Source of the DNA: Octopus sinensis
Taxonomy: Eukaryota
Reading direction: 5' to 3'
DNA length: 64,000 bases
Assembly: GCF_006345805.1 (NCBI RefSeq)
Contig: NC_042998.1
Span: 77,686,001 to 77,750,000 of the forward strand
The notes beneath the pieces are model-generated. The model was given only the letters and a program-made list of their open reading frames with translations, made no database searches and had not been told where the DNA came from. A program made the position numbers and the translations under genes. This document shows positions 51,635 to 64,000 of the stretch, piece by piece (position 1 is the stretch's first letter; each line of letters begins with the position of its first letter).

Positions 51635-52640
51635 CAGTGGATGCGGGTAGCGGTAGGTCAGTATGGCTACAAATCTACGGTTTCAATTTTGACTGAATTA
51701 CAGCGCGCTTGCTATCGGATTCGAAATGTATTCATGTCACCTCTCAGCAGCACTTAACCAAAATGTTGCAGAAGATTGACGAACTTAGGATGGATTTTGT
51801 TGTTCAAGATGACTCTGACTTAAAGTTTTGATCTACGAAATTTTTTACTACATGTCAGAGTTGCTTGCAGCTCACTAAAGAAGTTGCTTAATTCAAACAG
51901 CAGCATAATAAAAGCATTCTATGTGACGTTAGGCGAAAAATGGTGACACTTTCAAGGGCATACCCAAGCAAGGATGGCATAACAGAAAACATAAGTCCTC
52001 TTTCTATACTCGACAATGTGTTACAGACTTTAGCAAGCATGCTTACCATGAGAATGGGACTTGTGTTGGTATAATAGTCGGAAACGCACCAACATGTGTC
52101 ATTTCTGGCACATCTATTCACTACAATTCCCAGCTCATATGATACCTTGTATGATGGGAAGGTATTTGATTTGTCTTCAGCGTGGCGCTGATCCATTTAA
52201 ACCAATGTGAAGAATACGAACAAGTCGACCTTCTTGGAAACAGACTGCCCAGGGTATAGCTGGTTTCGGTTCTGCCAAATGAGTCTGAATCACAAATTGT
52301 ATAATTGTTCGTTGGGCCAATCAAATGGCAAGCTATCGGATGCTTTGCATCGTACTACATGTCCCTTAGGATTCCCTCTCTCATTTCTGAATGTTGTGGC
52401 ACTGAATCTTTTTCTGTGAAGGTCGAACAATATCATCAAAGAAACGAACACACCGAAAATCAAAATGCCCGCCATTATTCATCACGAATAATCAAGAGGT
52501 TAATGGTACACGTATTAAGAAGAAGAAATAATATTGACTCGAAACTTCTGGCCAGGGTCCAGTTAAGATGTTCGTGTCTGGTTGGAGCAAATTTGCGTTG
52601 GAAAAAGTTGGCAATCGGTGTCACTCAGAGTAGCTAATCT
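51635..52640 (+). mobile_element. Highly decayed Tc1/mariner-like element
   Basis: Fragmentary motifs across frames: YHENGTCV..GNAP (cf. FxETGSV..GRP), VEQYH..NQNARHY (cf. TVEQ..NxQNxRxY), VWLEQICVGKS. Confidence 0.3.
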
Positions 52641-53353
52641 CACTCACTTGCATTTATCCAACCTTATATACATTCAGAGATTCTGTGTGTGAGTTTATGT
52701 GTGCGAGTGTGCGTTCGTATATACGCGCATCTGTGTAAGTGTGTTTGTGTGTATGTGTTTGCGTCTGTGTAGGAGTATGTGCGCAAGAAGGTGAATGGTA
52801 CTAGAAAGAAGAATAGTGTAAGCGATGATGAGTAATAGATTCATCGTCACTTATACTGTTATTGTCTATTACTCATCGTCACTTACAGCAACAGATGATG
52901 GCAGTTTGGTAGTAAACAGGCGAGAGAGAACCTCAGAGAGAAAAGTGTAAAGACGTTATATGTGGCGGAAAATTGAAAAAATTTAGAAATAATGCAGTAA
53001 GAAAGAGCAAAAAAAAAGGACATAAGGTACATCTTGGCTGAAGGAGGTTAAATAGAAAGGGCAGAAATATATATAGTAAATATTCTGTTACCTGAGAAAC
53101 CTTGATAAATCATATCTTGGGTAGTGAGGAACATTAGCATTGGCAATAGAAATCACCACTTGCTACTTCTATTGATTTATGAGGGACTTTTTAATCGTTT
53201 TTTTTGCTTCTTTTTTTTTCTGTACATATTTCTTTTCGCACTCTTTTGCACCTTTTCCCAGTCCAACTATTATTATACACCCCAATACAAACGCGCGCAC
53301 ACGCATGCGCACACACACTAAAAAAGCACGCAAAATTGTCCGTGCACCCATCC

Positions 53354-53404
<51 letters not shown>

Positions 53405-53430
53405 GATAGATATATATATATACATACATA

Positions 53431-53493
<63 letters not shown>

Positions 53494-53509
53494 ATATATA
53501 TATATATAC

Positions 53510-53542
<33 letters not shown>

Positions 53543-53778
53543 CATATATACATATATATATACATACATACATATATATATATATACACATATATACATA
53601 TATATACATACATACATATATATATATATTATATATATATATATTATGCATACATGTATACATATATATATACACATATATATTTGTGCGTGTTTGAGCT
53701 GTATGCATGTGAATGTATGTATATGTATGCGTCACCTGCACATCGTAGACTGGTACTGATTTCTTTTTCTCTCTCCTC

Positions 53779-53809
<31 letters not shown>

Positions 53810-54739
53810 GCTCTGTCCAAACACACGCGCTGACACATTCACACTCACACACACGCACGCATTCACGTACACATGCAACAATGTAGACATCTGTGTGCGT
53901 CCATTCTATTTCTCTTTATGTATTTCTCTCTACCCCTGTTTAAAACTCACACTATAATTATATTCTTATATTCTGTTATATTATTTTGCTCAAGGGTCAC
54001 CTTTTCTCTCTCTCTCTCTTGTATATCGCTTTTATCGCTTGCTCTATCACTCTGTCCTTATTCCTTTCGCTGTATGCCCTACACTTGCAAGGAGGACATT
54101 CATATAATTAATAGCATACATGATACTCACCAGCCCCCTTTAAACCCAAAACATTTGAACACCTGAACGTCTAATGTTTCTCTTTAAACTTAAAGGGATG
54201 TAGTTTCCTTTTAATACCACACAGGAAAAGGGCAGTTACCTTGACAGCAAAGGCCATACGTACCTAAGAAATTGTAATATATGTTATTCGCTGCATAAAT
54301 TATTATACAACGACATCTGCAAACACGTTAAATCATCTGAGCTGAATTTTTACCCGCCATTTTAAATTATTAATGAGACATTTCAGATCAGATTATACAA
54401 TCGGTATTTTAATCTATTTGTGTGCCTTCGTTCGTGACATACTTTATATATGGTGTTATATCTCACATACGAATTTATACTACTGTAAAACTGTATATAA
54501 GTTCGTACATGTGCGTCTCCGTGCGTGTGTTATATATGATGACTTTCACCACGGCATTCTTACTGAAAGAACGGCACCTTAATACCCCACAACTCGTTCC
54601 ATTTATTTACTACTAACAAATATCACTGTTTACCACTTATTCTCTCGCATATATCAATCATTGATGCACCCTTGCTCAGAGTCTCTCATAAGTTATATTT
54701 TTGTAATGATAAAAAAGAATAAGTAGGATGTGTGTTGAA

Positions 54740-54960
54740 GGTATAATGTGGTTCTTATTGCTACACGGACCTGCGCTTTACCATTCTCAAAATGAACATC
54801 AAAGTGTACATTATAGAGAAGGTTCAGTAAACCTCTTTACAGATGTATTATAGATACATATCAGTCATCAGCTGTCTGAGGGTCGGGATTTCAAATAGCA
54901 AATGCATTAGAAACCCTTGTTAACACAGCTCAAGTATATTCCAGTCTCTTAAAAGATTAC
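54740..54960 (+). mobile_element. Highly decayed CR1-like LINE remnant
   Basis: IIEKVQ (cf. LEKVQRR) and a downstream SLxR-like stretch, with many stops. Confidence 0.25.
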
Positions 54961-55957
54961 AGAGACAGTGACAGACTTGCTGAACTTGCTAGTAAGCTGA
55001 TATATTTCTTTATGTAAATACCATCATCTTTCAACGGGTTTCAGCCAAATCGATAACGATGCTGCCAACCATATATAAGAGTTTTGCTGATTCTTCACGC
55101 CTCGTCCAACTGATCTCCTTCATCTCAATCTGTAACTAAAAGTAGAACCACTCAATACGTGACAACAAAATTGGATATACCAAGATTTCTATCAATACCA
55201 GATTAGCCGGCTACTATTAAAACTAGTTGCACCAAGAGACAAGACATTTTGATTCCATGCATATCCCCCACCTCATTAAGTATGCATTCTCAGTTCAAGC
55301 TTCTTAAGGTTCCAGTAAAACTGCTTTTTTTTTGTGAATGTCATTAATTCTCACGTGGCCAGCCCCTTAAGGAATTTAACTGACAAGGCCGTATTTCACT
55401 CAGGAGCAGCTTTCTGCTGCAAGCTCACGTGTTGGAACAAGAAGACATCTTTTTAACAGAACAGAAGAAATATTGGCTACCCCAAAGCCCTTGCTAAATA
55501 TAACACTTTTCCTTTGGAAATACTTCTGTTTTATGACATGCATATCAATTTGGAATTTCAAGAAAATATGTAACCTAATCACTGAACATTCTTAAGTTAA
55601 AATATTAAAATTACCTCTACACTAAAGCTCAGATGCTAGACACCATATTAAAAGAATTTTCATTTCTACTTACGTTATTTTAAAAAATATGTGTGATTGT
55701 CATTACATAAAGAAAGCATTATATTGATATAGAGGAATTTATGTTTCGCTTACAAAAAATGTCTCGACCTATATGGGAATAGAAAGAGTATATATATATA
55801 TATATATATATATATTACTATATATCTAATATATATATATATATATATATATAATTATGTATGTATGTATTGTTCATATATATTATATATAATATACATA
55901 TACACACACACACCCACACACCCACACACCACACCATATATATATATATATAATATA

Positions 55958-56021
<64 letters not shown>

Positions 56022-56053
56022 GTATTCATATATATATATATATATATACCTAT

Positions 56054-56114
<61 letters not shown>

Positions 56115-56160
56115 CAATAATAAATCTATGAACGAGGTATAAGCAGTAGCTGTACGACAA

Positions 56161-56755
56161 TGTGGAGTATAGTTACCACTTAAATGTGGCTAACCATTTA
56201 GGGTGGATGCTACTGTAGCTTGTAGCCCTAGGAGAACATATTCTCCGGCTGGCTATTGACACAATTTCTGTGCCCTATCAGTATTTGCAAAGGGAATCCA
56301 TCCTTCCCATCGTCGACCTGACGTGATACGCACGGATCCGGGTTTCTAGGCACGACAATCACCGGTCTTCGATGCGAAGGAGTCCCAATGCAAACACATA
56401 TAACCTTTTTCCAGTGACGTAAAGTCACTGATCTCGAAAAAGTGCTTGTTGACACTTTTTCAAGATCAGTGAATTTACGTCACCAGAAAAAGGTTATATG
56501 TGTTTGCATTGGGACTCCTTCGCATCGAAGACCGGTGATTGTCGTGCGCTGACGACGGGTAAATACCTAGAAACCCAGATCCGTGCGTATCACGTCAGGT
56601 CGACGATGGGAAGGATGGATTCCCTTTGCAAATACTGATAGGGCACAGAAATTGTGTCAATAGCCAGCCGGAGAATATGTTCTCCTAGGGCTACAAGCTA
56701 CAGTAGCATCCAGCGTTAGTGGTTAGCCACATTTAAGCGGCAAACATACTTCACA
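56161..56755. mobile_element. 595-bp foldback element with an 8-nt loop, same family as the 2.0 kb and 24.3 kb copies
   Basis: Arms 56161-56444 and 56453-56755, loop cttgttga. Most of the arm length is identical; the left arm lacks 19 nt. Confidence 0.92.
56543..56587 (+). ncRNA. Minimal type-I hammerhead-like motif with intact CUGACGA core
   Basis: cgtgcg-ctgacga-c gggt aaat acct a-gaaa-cccaga-tc-cgtgcg. 6-bp stem I (2 G.U), AUC triplet. Confidence 0.6.
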
Positions 56756-57593
56756 CAAAATAAGCAAATAGAGTATCCAAAGGTAATGCAGTACGATCGT
56801 TTCATGCGACTCCATTTAATTAAATAATGCAAGTATTACATCAGTTTTAAAATGTAGAGCAACCTTCAGCTGCATAGAAAAATAGAATTTAGTTAAATTG
56901 AAAAGATTCATTTTTATAGTTATTCTATTTACCAATATCACTAAGAGGGTAAGTAGGTAGACAGAGAAGCAAGTTTCATTAACAAAAACATTAGTAATTA
57001 ATATTTTTCAGTGTGACACTGCTTATCCTTGATTTTACTTTGCTATTTAGATTTACTACTGGGGGAGGGGGTTTAAGACTATTCTATCAGGTCTAGTGGA
57101 GAAAAAACAAGAATCTATCTTTTATAGATAAAGAGACAGTATAAGTGATAGAGCCATAAATCCATTTCCAAAGGATTCTAATAATTTTAGTGTCTTATAC
57201 AATATAGGGATGGAGAATATAGAAATAATTTCATATTTATATAAATATAAATCAAATTCATATAAATTTATAGTTAATTAGTAAATAGTAATTTATTGGT
57301 ATTAATGAGTTAAATTAAAGGAATATGCTAAACATTTCATATACTTTCTACATGCTATTGACTTTAGTATGTAGTTCTTATAAAACAGATAGTGAATTAT
57401 ATCAGTATGGTTCTGTATAGGTTAAGTGTGAACTCAATAAAAATGTATTATCAGTAAGATGATATAGTGGGTAACTGAGTAAGATAAAATGGTTTAAAAT
57501 TTTAGTGAACGGAATTTAAATAAGTAAATTGAAAAGTAAAGTTATTGTAGAATATTGTAGATAAGGGGTAGACTAGATTTGTGTTCTAAAATC

Positions 57594-57631
<38 letters not shown>

Positions 57632-57666
57632 TTATATATATATATAATATATATTATATATATATA

Positions 57667-57704
<38 letters not shown>

Positions 57705-57706
57705 AT

Positions 57707-57738
<32 letters not shown>

Positions 57739-57916
57739 ATATATTATATATATATATAATATTTATATATATATATTATATATATATATATTATATATCT
57801 CTATTATATATATATATATATATATTATAGATATATATATATATATTAATATATATCTATAATATATATATATATATATATTATATATATAATATATATA
57901 ATATATATATATATGT

Positions 57917-58233
57917 GAGGGCGCGTGGCTTAGTGGTTAGGGCATTCGGCTCATGATCGTAAGGTTGTGAGTTCGATTCCCGGCGACGCGTTGTGTCCTT
58001 GAGCAAGACACTTTATTTCACGTTGCTCCAGTCCACTCAGCTGGCAAAAATGAGTTGTACTTGTATTTCAAGGGTCAGCCTTGTCACTCTCTGTGTCACG
58101 CTGATTATCCCGAGAACTACGTTAAGGGTACACGTGTCTGTGGAATGCTCAGACCATTGCACGTAATTTCACGAGCAAGCTGTTCCGTGATCGTATCAGC
58201 TGGGACCCTCGTCGTCGTAACCGGCGGAGTAAG
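57917..58233 (+). mobile_element. tRNA-derived SINE
   Basis: gggcgcgtggcttagtggttaggg..gagttcgattccc..gtgtccttgagcaagacactt. The body is shared with 61140-61270. Confidence 0.8.
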
Positions 58234-58310
58234 AGATATATATATATTAAGTAGGTGACTGAATTATCCTAGCATGGAAAATTCGTTCAACTCCATTATT
58301 TCATTTATTC

Positions 58311-58342
<32 letters not shown>

Positions 58343-58344
58343 AC

Positions 58345-58547
58345 TCTTTTACTTGTTTCAGTCATATGACTGCGGCCATGCTGGAGTACCGCTTTTAGTC
58401 AAGCAAATCGGCCCCAGGACTTATTCTTTGTAAGCCTAGAATTTATACTATCGGTCTCATTACGGGGACGTAAACATACCACAACGGTTGTCAAGCGATG
58501 TTTTGGGGGGTCAGAACACACAAACAGATACATACACATACATATAC

Positions 58548-58604
<57 letters not shown>

Positions 58605-58627
58605 GATATATATATATATATATATAG

Positions 58628-58699
<72 letters not shown>

Positions 58700-59000
58700 A
58701 GTTCAGTATGCGGCAAAGTAATTTATTTTACTAAGCCCTTTTATATAATGTAATAATTTGAATTCGCCTTAAATGGTCCCTTTGCATACTGAATACTTGG
58801 TGAAATTGATTAATTAATTAATTTTACCCTCAATTGTTGAAATATATATATATATATATAATATATATATACGACGGATTTCTTTCAGTTTCGTCTACAA
58901 AATACACTCACAAGGCTTTGGTTGGCCTCAAGCTATAGTAGAAAACACTTGCTCAAGGTACCACGCAGTGGGACTGAACCCGGGTCCATGTGATTGGTAA
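58345..59000 (-). mobile_element. SINE of the 889-1288 family with an expanded internal microsatellite
   Basis: Tail at 58345-58510, (TA)-rich interior, head part at 58870-59000. Confidence 0.7.
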
Positions 59001-59299
59001 ACAGGCAAATTTATTTCATTAAGATTTGCAATAAAGGCATTACAAAGAGTAGCTTGCGGGTTGGACACATACATTGATGAGGTGAATGATGAAAAAAGGA
59101 TGATATTGATGGGACATTGATATTGATGATATTGATGGGAGAAGACAGAAAACGCCGGCTGCTTCTCTAAAACATTCTTTTTCCAACAGAGAAAAACAAA
59201 ACGAGGTATTGAACCTTTCACTACAGCTTTTCCAGTTATTGGACTAAATATTGGACAGATAATAATATACAATAATGTACAATAAAATATTCAATATAC

Positions 59300-60790
59300 A
59301 ATCAACACTAGTCCATTTACACATGAGGCACTGAGCCTCTTACACATTATAGTACTGGGGCTTTTCAACCTCTCCGACTGCCGGCAATGTTCCGTTTCTC
59401 CTCCCCTTCCTCTTTTTTCTTCTCGACTTGAGGAGGGTAGGTCTCCTCCGTGACTGGGAGATTCGCCTCCCCTCCCTCATCCCCAAGATCCTTCGGTGAG
59501 CACCCATTATTGCTCACCTTCCTTTTGCGGTTCTTCTTTGAGGAGTCCTCCGTCTCCTAGGCTGCCTTCATTCCCTCTTCTACATATGTATCCGTCAACC
59601 GCTCAAGGACTTGAGGACAGTTCTTTTTTATAAGGCCAAACTCCAGGCACCGATGACACTTTTGGGAGTGGAGCGTCCCTTAAGCATCACCGGATACCTA
59701 GACTCGGCCATTCTCAACATGTCTGGAAATACCAGGTTTTCCGCTGACTGGATCGACAGGGTCAAAACAGCTTTTGATCCCTCCCAGTTAACCGCAGGCA
59801 GAATATTTACGTTGAGGAGCTTGGTGCTACTGCCACCCAGACCCTGGCAGATAGTATCTCCTATCCACTTGGGCTCAATTCCGGGTGGCAAGCCGCAACC
59901 AAAGCCACAATAAGTGGGAAGCAAAATTTCATTGCCCTCGAGTGGCCGGCTCGCAAATTTACAAGTCACTTCCAGGGAGTCAAAGAGCAACCACACGGTT
60001 GCATATTTGCCCCCCCCCCCTCGAGAGATAAACTTAATCGCTGGCTTAAATTATGTCAGCACTCTTTCGATTATATTTTTTGAAAACGGCAATGGCGTCG
60101 AGGGTCTCAGAGTAGGTCCTCAAAACCACCGTCTTACTTTCAAGTTTTTTAAACATCTTTTGGGTGGTGTAATTTCCCACTCCAGCAACTTTCCATTATT
60201 ATTTCCCATGTTTTTTTTAAAGCCCAAAAATACAGTTCTTAAAATACAAAATAATTAAGGAAAAAGAAGGAAGAGGAAAAAGTTCAAACAAAAAGGAAAA
60301 AAATAATTAACAGTTCAATAAAGAGTATTTTTTTTTAAAATAAAAGATAGATGAAGAGAGAGCAATAGTTCAAAACACAGTAAAGGTCACTCGGTACTCC
60401 AGGCCAAAATTTTAACGCAATTGTTAAACAGTTAATTACTGAAAAATCATTAAAATTTTCAAGGTACTTCTTGACAGGAACAGTATTGTTAAACTATTTT
60501 CTAAAAACACCCCCGGAGTTATTCATGTACAAACACTATTCTCAAACAAAATTTTGCAGCAGGATACGCCCACCAAAACAATAATTTTCCCAATTGAGTG
60601 ACGAAAATTTTCACTCAGCCTCAGGTAGACTAGAATCCAGTGAGGACTTCTTGCTTGTGAAAAATAATTGCGGCAAACAACAGGCCCTCACTAGACCCTA
60701 AAAAATCTCACCTTATAGCTGAGTTTCAAAAATCTTCAATTTAAGACAGCTTCAAAAACACGTCTTACAGCTTCAGTTCAAATACAACCC
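59300..60790 (-). mobile_element. L1/Tx1-like LINE 5' region: 5' UTR and decayed ORF1 with a gag-type zinc knuckle
   Basis: Minus KSKTVVLRTYSE..ATVWLLFDSLE..LLPTYCG..LPPGIEPKWI. CHRCLEFGLIKKNCP at 59658-59614 is CX2CX4HX4C with His to Leu, followed by a Lys/Glu-rich tail. Confidence 0.65.
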
Positions 60791-60947
60791 TGATTCGCAA
60801 ATGCACAATGAGGTAAGCAAGCTACTCAATACACAGCCATATATATATGATGTGTATGTATGGATGGATATGCGTGCGTGTACGTATGTGTATGCGTATC
60901 TCTATTTATATATATATGTATATATACTTCAATATATATATATACTT

Positions 60948-60981
<34 letters not shown>

Positions 60982-61001
60982 GTGTGTGTATATGTGTGTG
61001 T

Positions 61002-61577
61002 GGAGGCGCAATGGCCCAGTGGTTAGGTCAGCGGACTCGCGGTTGTAGGATCGTGGTTTGGATTTCCAGACCAGGCGTTGTGAGTGTTTATTGTGCGAAA
61101 ACACCAAAAGCTTCACGAGGATCTGGCAGGGGGGTTTGCGAACCACAACTTTCTTCCTGTTTCTGTTGTACCTGTATTTTAAAGGGCCAGCCTTGTCACT
61201 CTCTGTGTCACGCTGAATCTCCCTGAGAACTACATTAAGGGTAACGTGTCTGTGCAGTGCTCAACCACTTGCACTTCTTTGGAGTTCGAATAATTCACCT
61301 CTGGAAACATGGGTGTTTCATTCAACATCCTTAAACAACCCTTATTCAGAGGCCTTTTGAGCGGGATGGGTTACTCGACCAGAAAAAAATTCTAACTGGG
61401 CCCCACCTGCAAGGTGATGTGCTGTTTATCTTGATATGAGATGACCATGTCGCGCACACATGGTTGTGATGCATGTGCCTGGTGTACGCTTATCATACGG
61501 GTCGTCATGATGGATATACTGGGCTTTGTATATTTTACCCCAGTGTCACTTTGATGGCATGCACTGCTCTCTCACTC

Positions 61578-61633
<56 letters not shown>

Positions 61634-61652
61634 TAATAATAATAATAATAAT
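61002..61652 (+). mobile_element. Composite tRNA-headed SINE ending in (AAT)n
   Basis: Head as at 12637, middle as 58075-58160, a further module of about 300 bp, and an (AAT)n tail at 61578-61652. Confidence 0.75.
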
Positions 61653-62477
61653 GTCTTAAGTAAGCAGAAGATGGATTTGATATTAATCTTTATTTTGTAT
61701 AACGGTAGCTTCGGCCCATCCTGCCAATGTTCCATATGGATGGGACTCCGTTCAACATATTGTGTTGCATCTATTTTGCAGTCTGAATCTCATCAGGTAC
61801 ATCCATAAATAAAGTTGTGTCTCGCTAAAGACTCTGAATGTTGGCTGTCATGTTGTTATATGCCAGTGTAGTTACGGAATGAAACATTGCTACACATGTC
61901 AAGATACAGAAAAGCATATATTTGCCTCTTAAGATAATTTATCTATTACGTTTGTTTATTTTGGATAATTTATGTCACACTTTACACTTGTGAGCAGATA
62001 TTGATGTTCACATAAATTCAGATATGCAATTTTACAATACAGCTGTATATTGATAATAATAATAATATATGCCAACAATTAGTTAATGCCTGAAAAACTA
62101 ACGAGAAGCAGGAATGTGTATGTCAATAAGTGCATGTAAATGTGTGCGTGTGGTCGTGCGTAGATATATGTATACATGTGTGTGGGGGGAGGGTGGGACA
62201 GTATGCTTACTCACATGTATGTGAATGTATGCGGGTCGCACATGTTTGTGTGAATATATATATGAGGTGGATTTATATATATAATAATATAATATATAAT
62301 TAATATATATATATATATATATATATTATATTAATGGGAATATGCGTAAAACCTGTGTGTGCGTGCTCGCGCGTGTGTACATAAAATTATATGTATGTAA
62401 GTGGGTAGGTGTATGTATATGTGTATATGTATGTGTGAGTGTATGTATGCATGTGTGTATTCGTATTTGTGTACCAT

Positions 62478-62680
62478 TTCTCTTCCAAGGAATCTAGTGC
62501 TCTTAGCTTAGATTTTTTCTCGTCTTCCTCTTGTTTTTCTTCTCGACTGGGGGAGCATGCGTCTCTTCCGTGACCGGAAGATTCGCCTCCCCTCAAGTAT
62601 GACCAGCCGAAACTGCTGAGAAGATCCGGAACTCGACTGAAGATAGAAGACTCCGAATGACCCGTCCTTCTTTTTTGTTG
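62478..62680. mobile_element. Chimeric fragment: Penelope-like repeat segments flanking an ORF1-tail-like segment
   Basis: 62481-62516 is identical to 63258-63293. 62525-62593 resembles 59405-59473. 62595-62680 resembles 22165-22240. Confidence 0.55.
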
Positions 62681-62999
62681 TCCCTTTTTATATCGACTGT
62701 TTGGATGCTTTGGTCTCGCCTGTTGCGTTCTTGTTCCATTTTGTATTCCTTTTTATGTATACATAAAGTGGGGTACGTACACTAAAAATTTTGTACGACT
62801 CTTCCTTTCTTTCTTTCAGCCCCGTCACACTTACTTCGTTCTTTCCACTATTTTTTCTTTCGCACCCCTCTCTCACATTTCTTCGCCTTCCCTTCATTCT
62901 CACCTTCCCTACTCTTTTACCTCACTCTGTCTCTGTTCTTTTTCTTTCAATCCCGTCCCTCTCTAATTCTTCTATCCCTCTGTCTCTACCTCTGTCCTC

Positions 63000-63350
63000 T
63001 CCTTCCACGTGACCGGTGTTCCGCCATGCCTGACTTTTCTCTTTTTGTTCGACTACCATCCGTGCAACTTCTACGTTCCTTCCCATGCCTGTCATCTCCT
63101 ATGTCCCCGCCGTAAGGCTTCACTTCCACACACGCCAGCTTAATTTAATTTGTCCTTAGTCGAAAGACACCTGTTGTTAATATCCTGTTGTTTGCATTTG
63201 CATTTGTGTACTATTTTCCGTTTTTTTAATCCTTGTTTTCGTATACATTCGCTGCTTTCTTCCAAGGAATCTAGTGCTCTTAGCTTAGATTTTATTGGGG
63301 CTGGCCAGATTGGAGCAGTCACGAGTATAATCAGCCGAAACTGCAAGCTG
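63000..63350. mobile_element. Penelope-like repeat related to 21620-22180
   Basis: Shared tttgtc..agtcg.aagacacc.gttgtt..atcctgtt and ttcc/accaagraatcta..cttag..tt..ggggctggcc motifs. Confidence 0.55.
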
Positions 63351-64000
63351 TAGTAATAAGAATACAGTAAGGAGTCAACAGCGGTGATGGTCATGGTTTG
63401 CAATGGCTGGTAAATGCCTCTATGAGAGTCATTCTAGATCTGTGGCAATGTGATCCGAAAAACAGGCATATGTCTTAGCTCTGCTGCACAATGTGTCCCA
63501 CTTGAATGTAAAAGTATACTAGCTTTTAGAAGCGAAACAATATTGTCTCCCGAATATTGCCTTTATCCTGTGAAATCACAGTAAGTGCACTGTCTTACAG
63601 TATAAATAAATCCCCTAGAAACTATAATATTTTGTATTAAGTCAGGCTTTTTATCCGTTTTACGGAAGGGTTTGTTTCTGAAAATATAACACCGAGAGTA
63701 ATATCTTTATTTTTCATTTTATTGGAGAGTCGTATAATCACACACTTCCATTACGGTATTGAAGACAACCTAGCCCTTAAATAAATATTACAATGGGGTG
63801 AGAAAGAAAGAGAGGGGGAAAGACAGACAGAGACAGAGAGAAAGAAAGTAGAGGAAAGAGATGGGGTGTGTGCATGTGTGTCTAAAAAAAACGTTCGATA
63901 AATTTATATCGAAATAAGTTTGCCGACATATATAATCAAACGCGGCTTTCTGCATTATCTAGCAACTGAAACGGAACAGACATCATTATGTTACGTAAAA

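Noticed and set aside
52030-52120. EGF-like minus-strand reading NRCARNDTCWCVSDYY followed by gtaagc
   Set aside because: The acceptor is poor and only three Cys are present. The plus strand of the same region shows scattered Tc1/mariner motifs, so a decayed transposon is more likely.

Overview
This is AT-rich, repeat-dense eukaryotic DNA. From its SINE families and its TA/CA/TATC/TACA microsatellite load it is most likely a coleoid cephalopod (Octopus-like); that is an inference from recognition, not a database match. No complete protein-coding gene is visible, and most ORFs in the supplied track are microsatellite artefacts. The window holds many tRNA-derived SINEs, decayed Tc1/mariner transposons, CR1/L2-like and L1/Tx1-like LINE fragments, and Penelope-like short repeats. 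A few minus-strand segments bounded by splice signals (8.2-12.4 kb) may be exons of a host gene. The main unexplained signal is a set of minimal type-I hammerhead-ribozyme-like motifs from at least six unrelated repeat families. Each follows the order stem I / CUGANGA-like core / stem II / GAAA / self-complementary helix III / NUH / stem I. They include a tandem array of 87-88 nt units with GUC sites (24.45-24.71 kb) and a G3:C8 core variant inside a near-perfect 286-bp palindrome (23.8-24.1 kb). A 595-bp foldback carries the motif in one arm and lacks its core in the other (56.2-56.8 kb), and one tRNA-headed SINE carries the motif internally (36.2-36.5 kb). All folds were derived by eye, and no catalytic activity is demonstrated.
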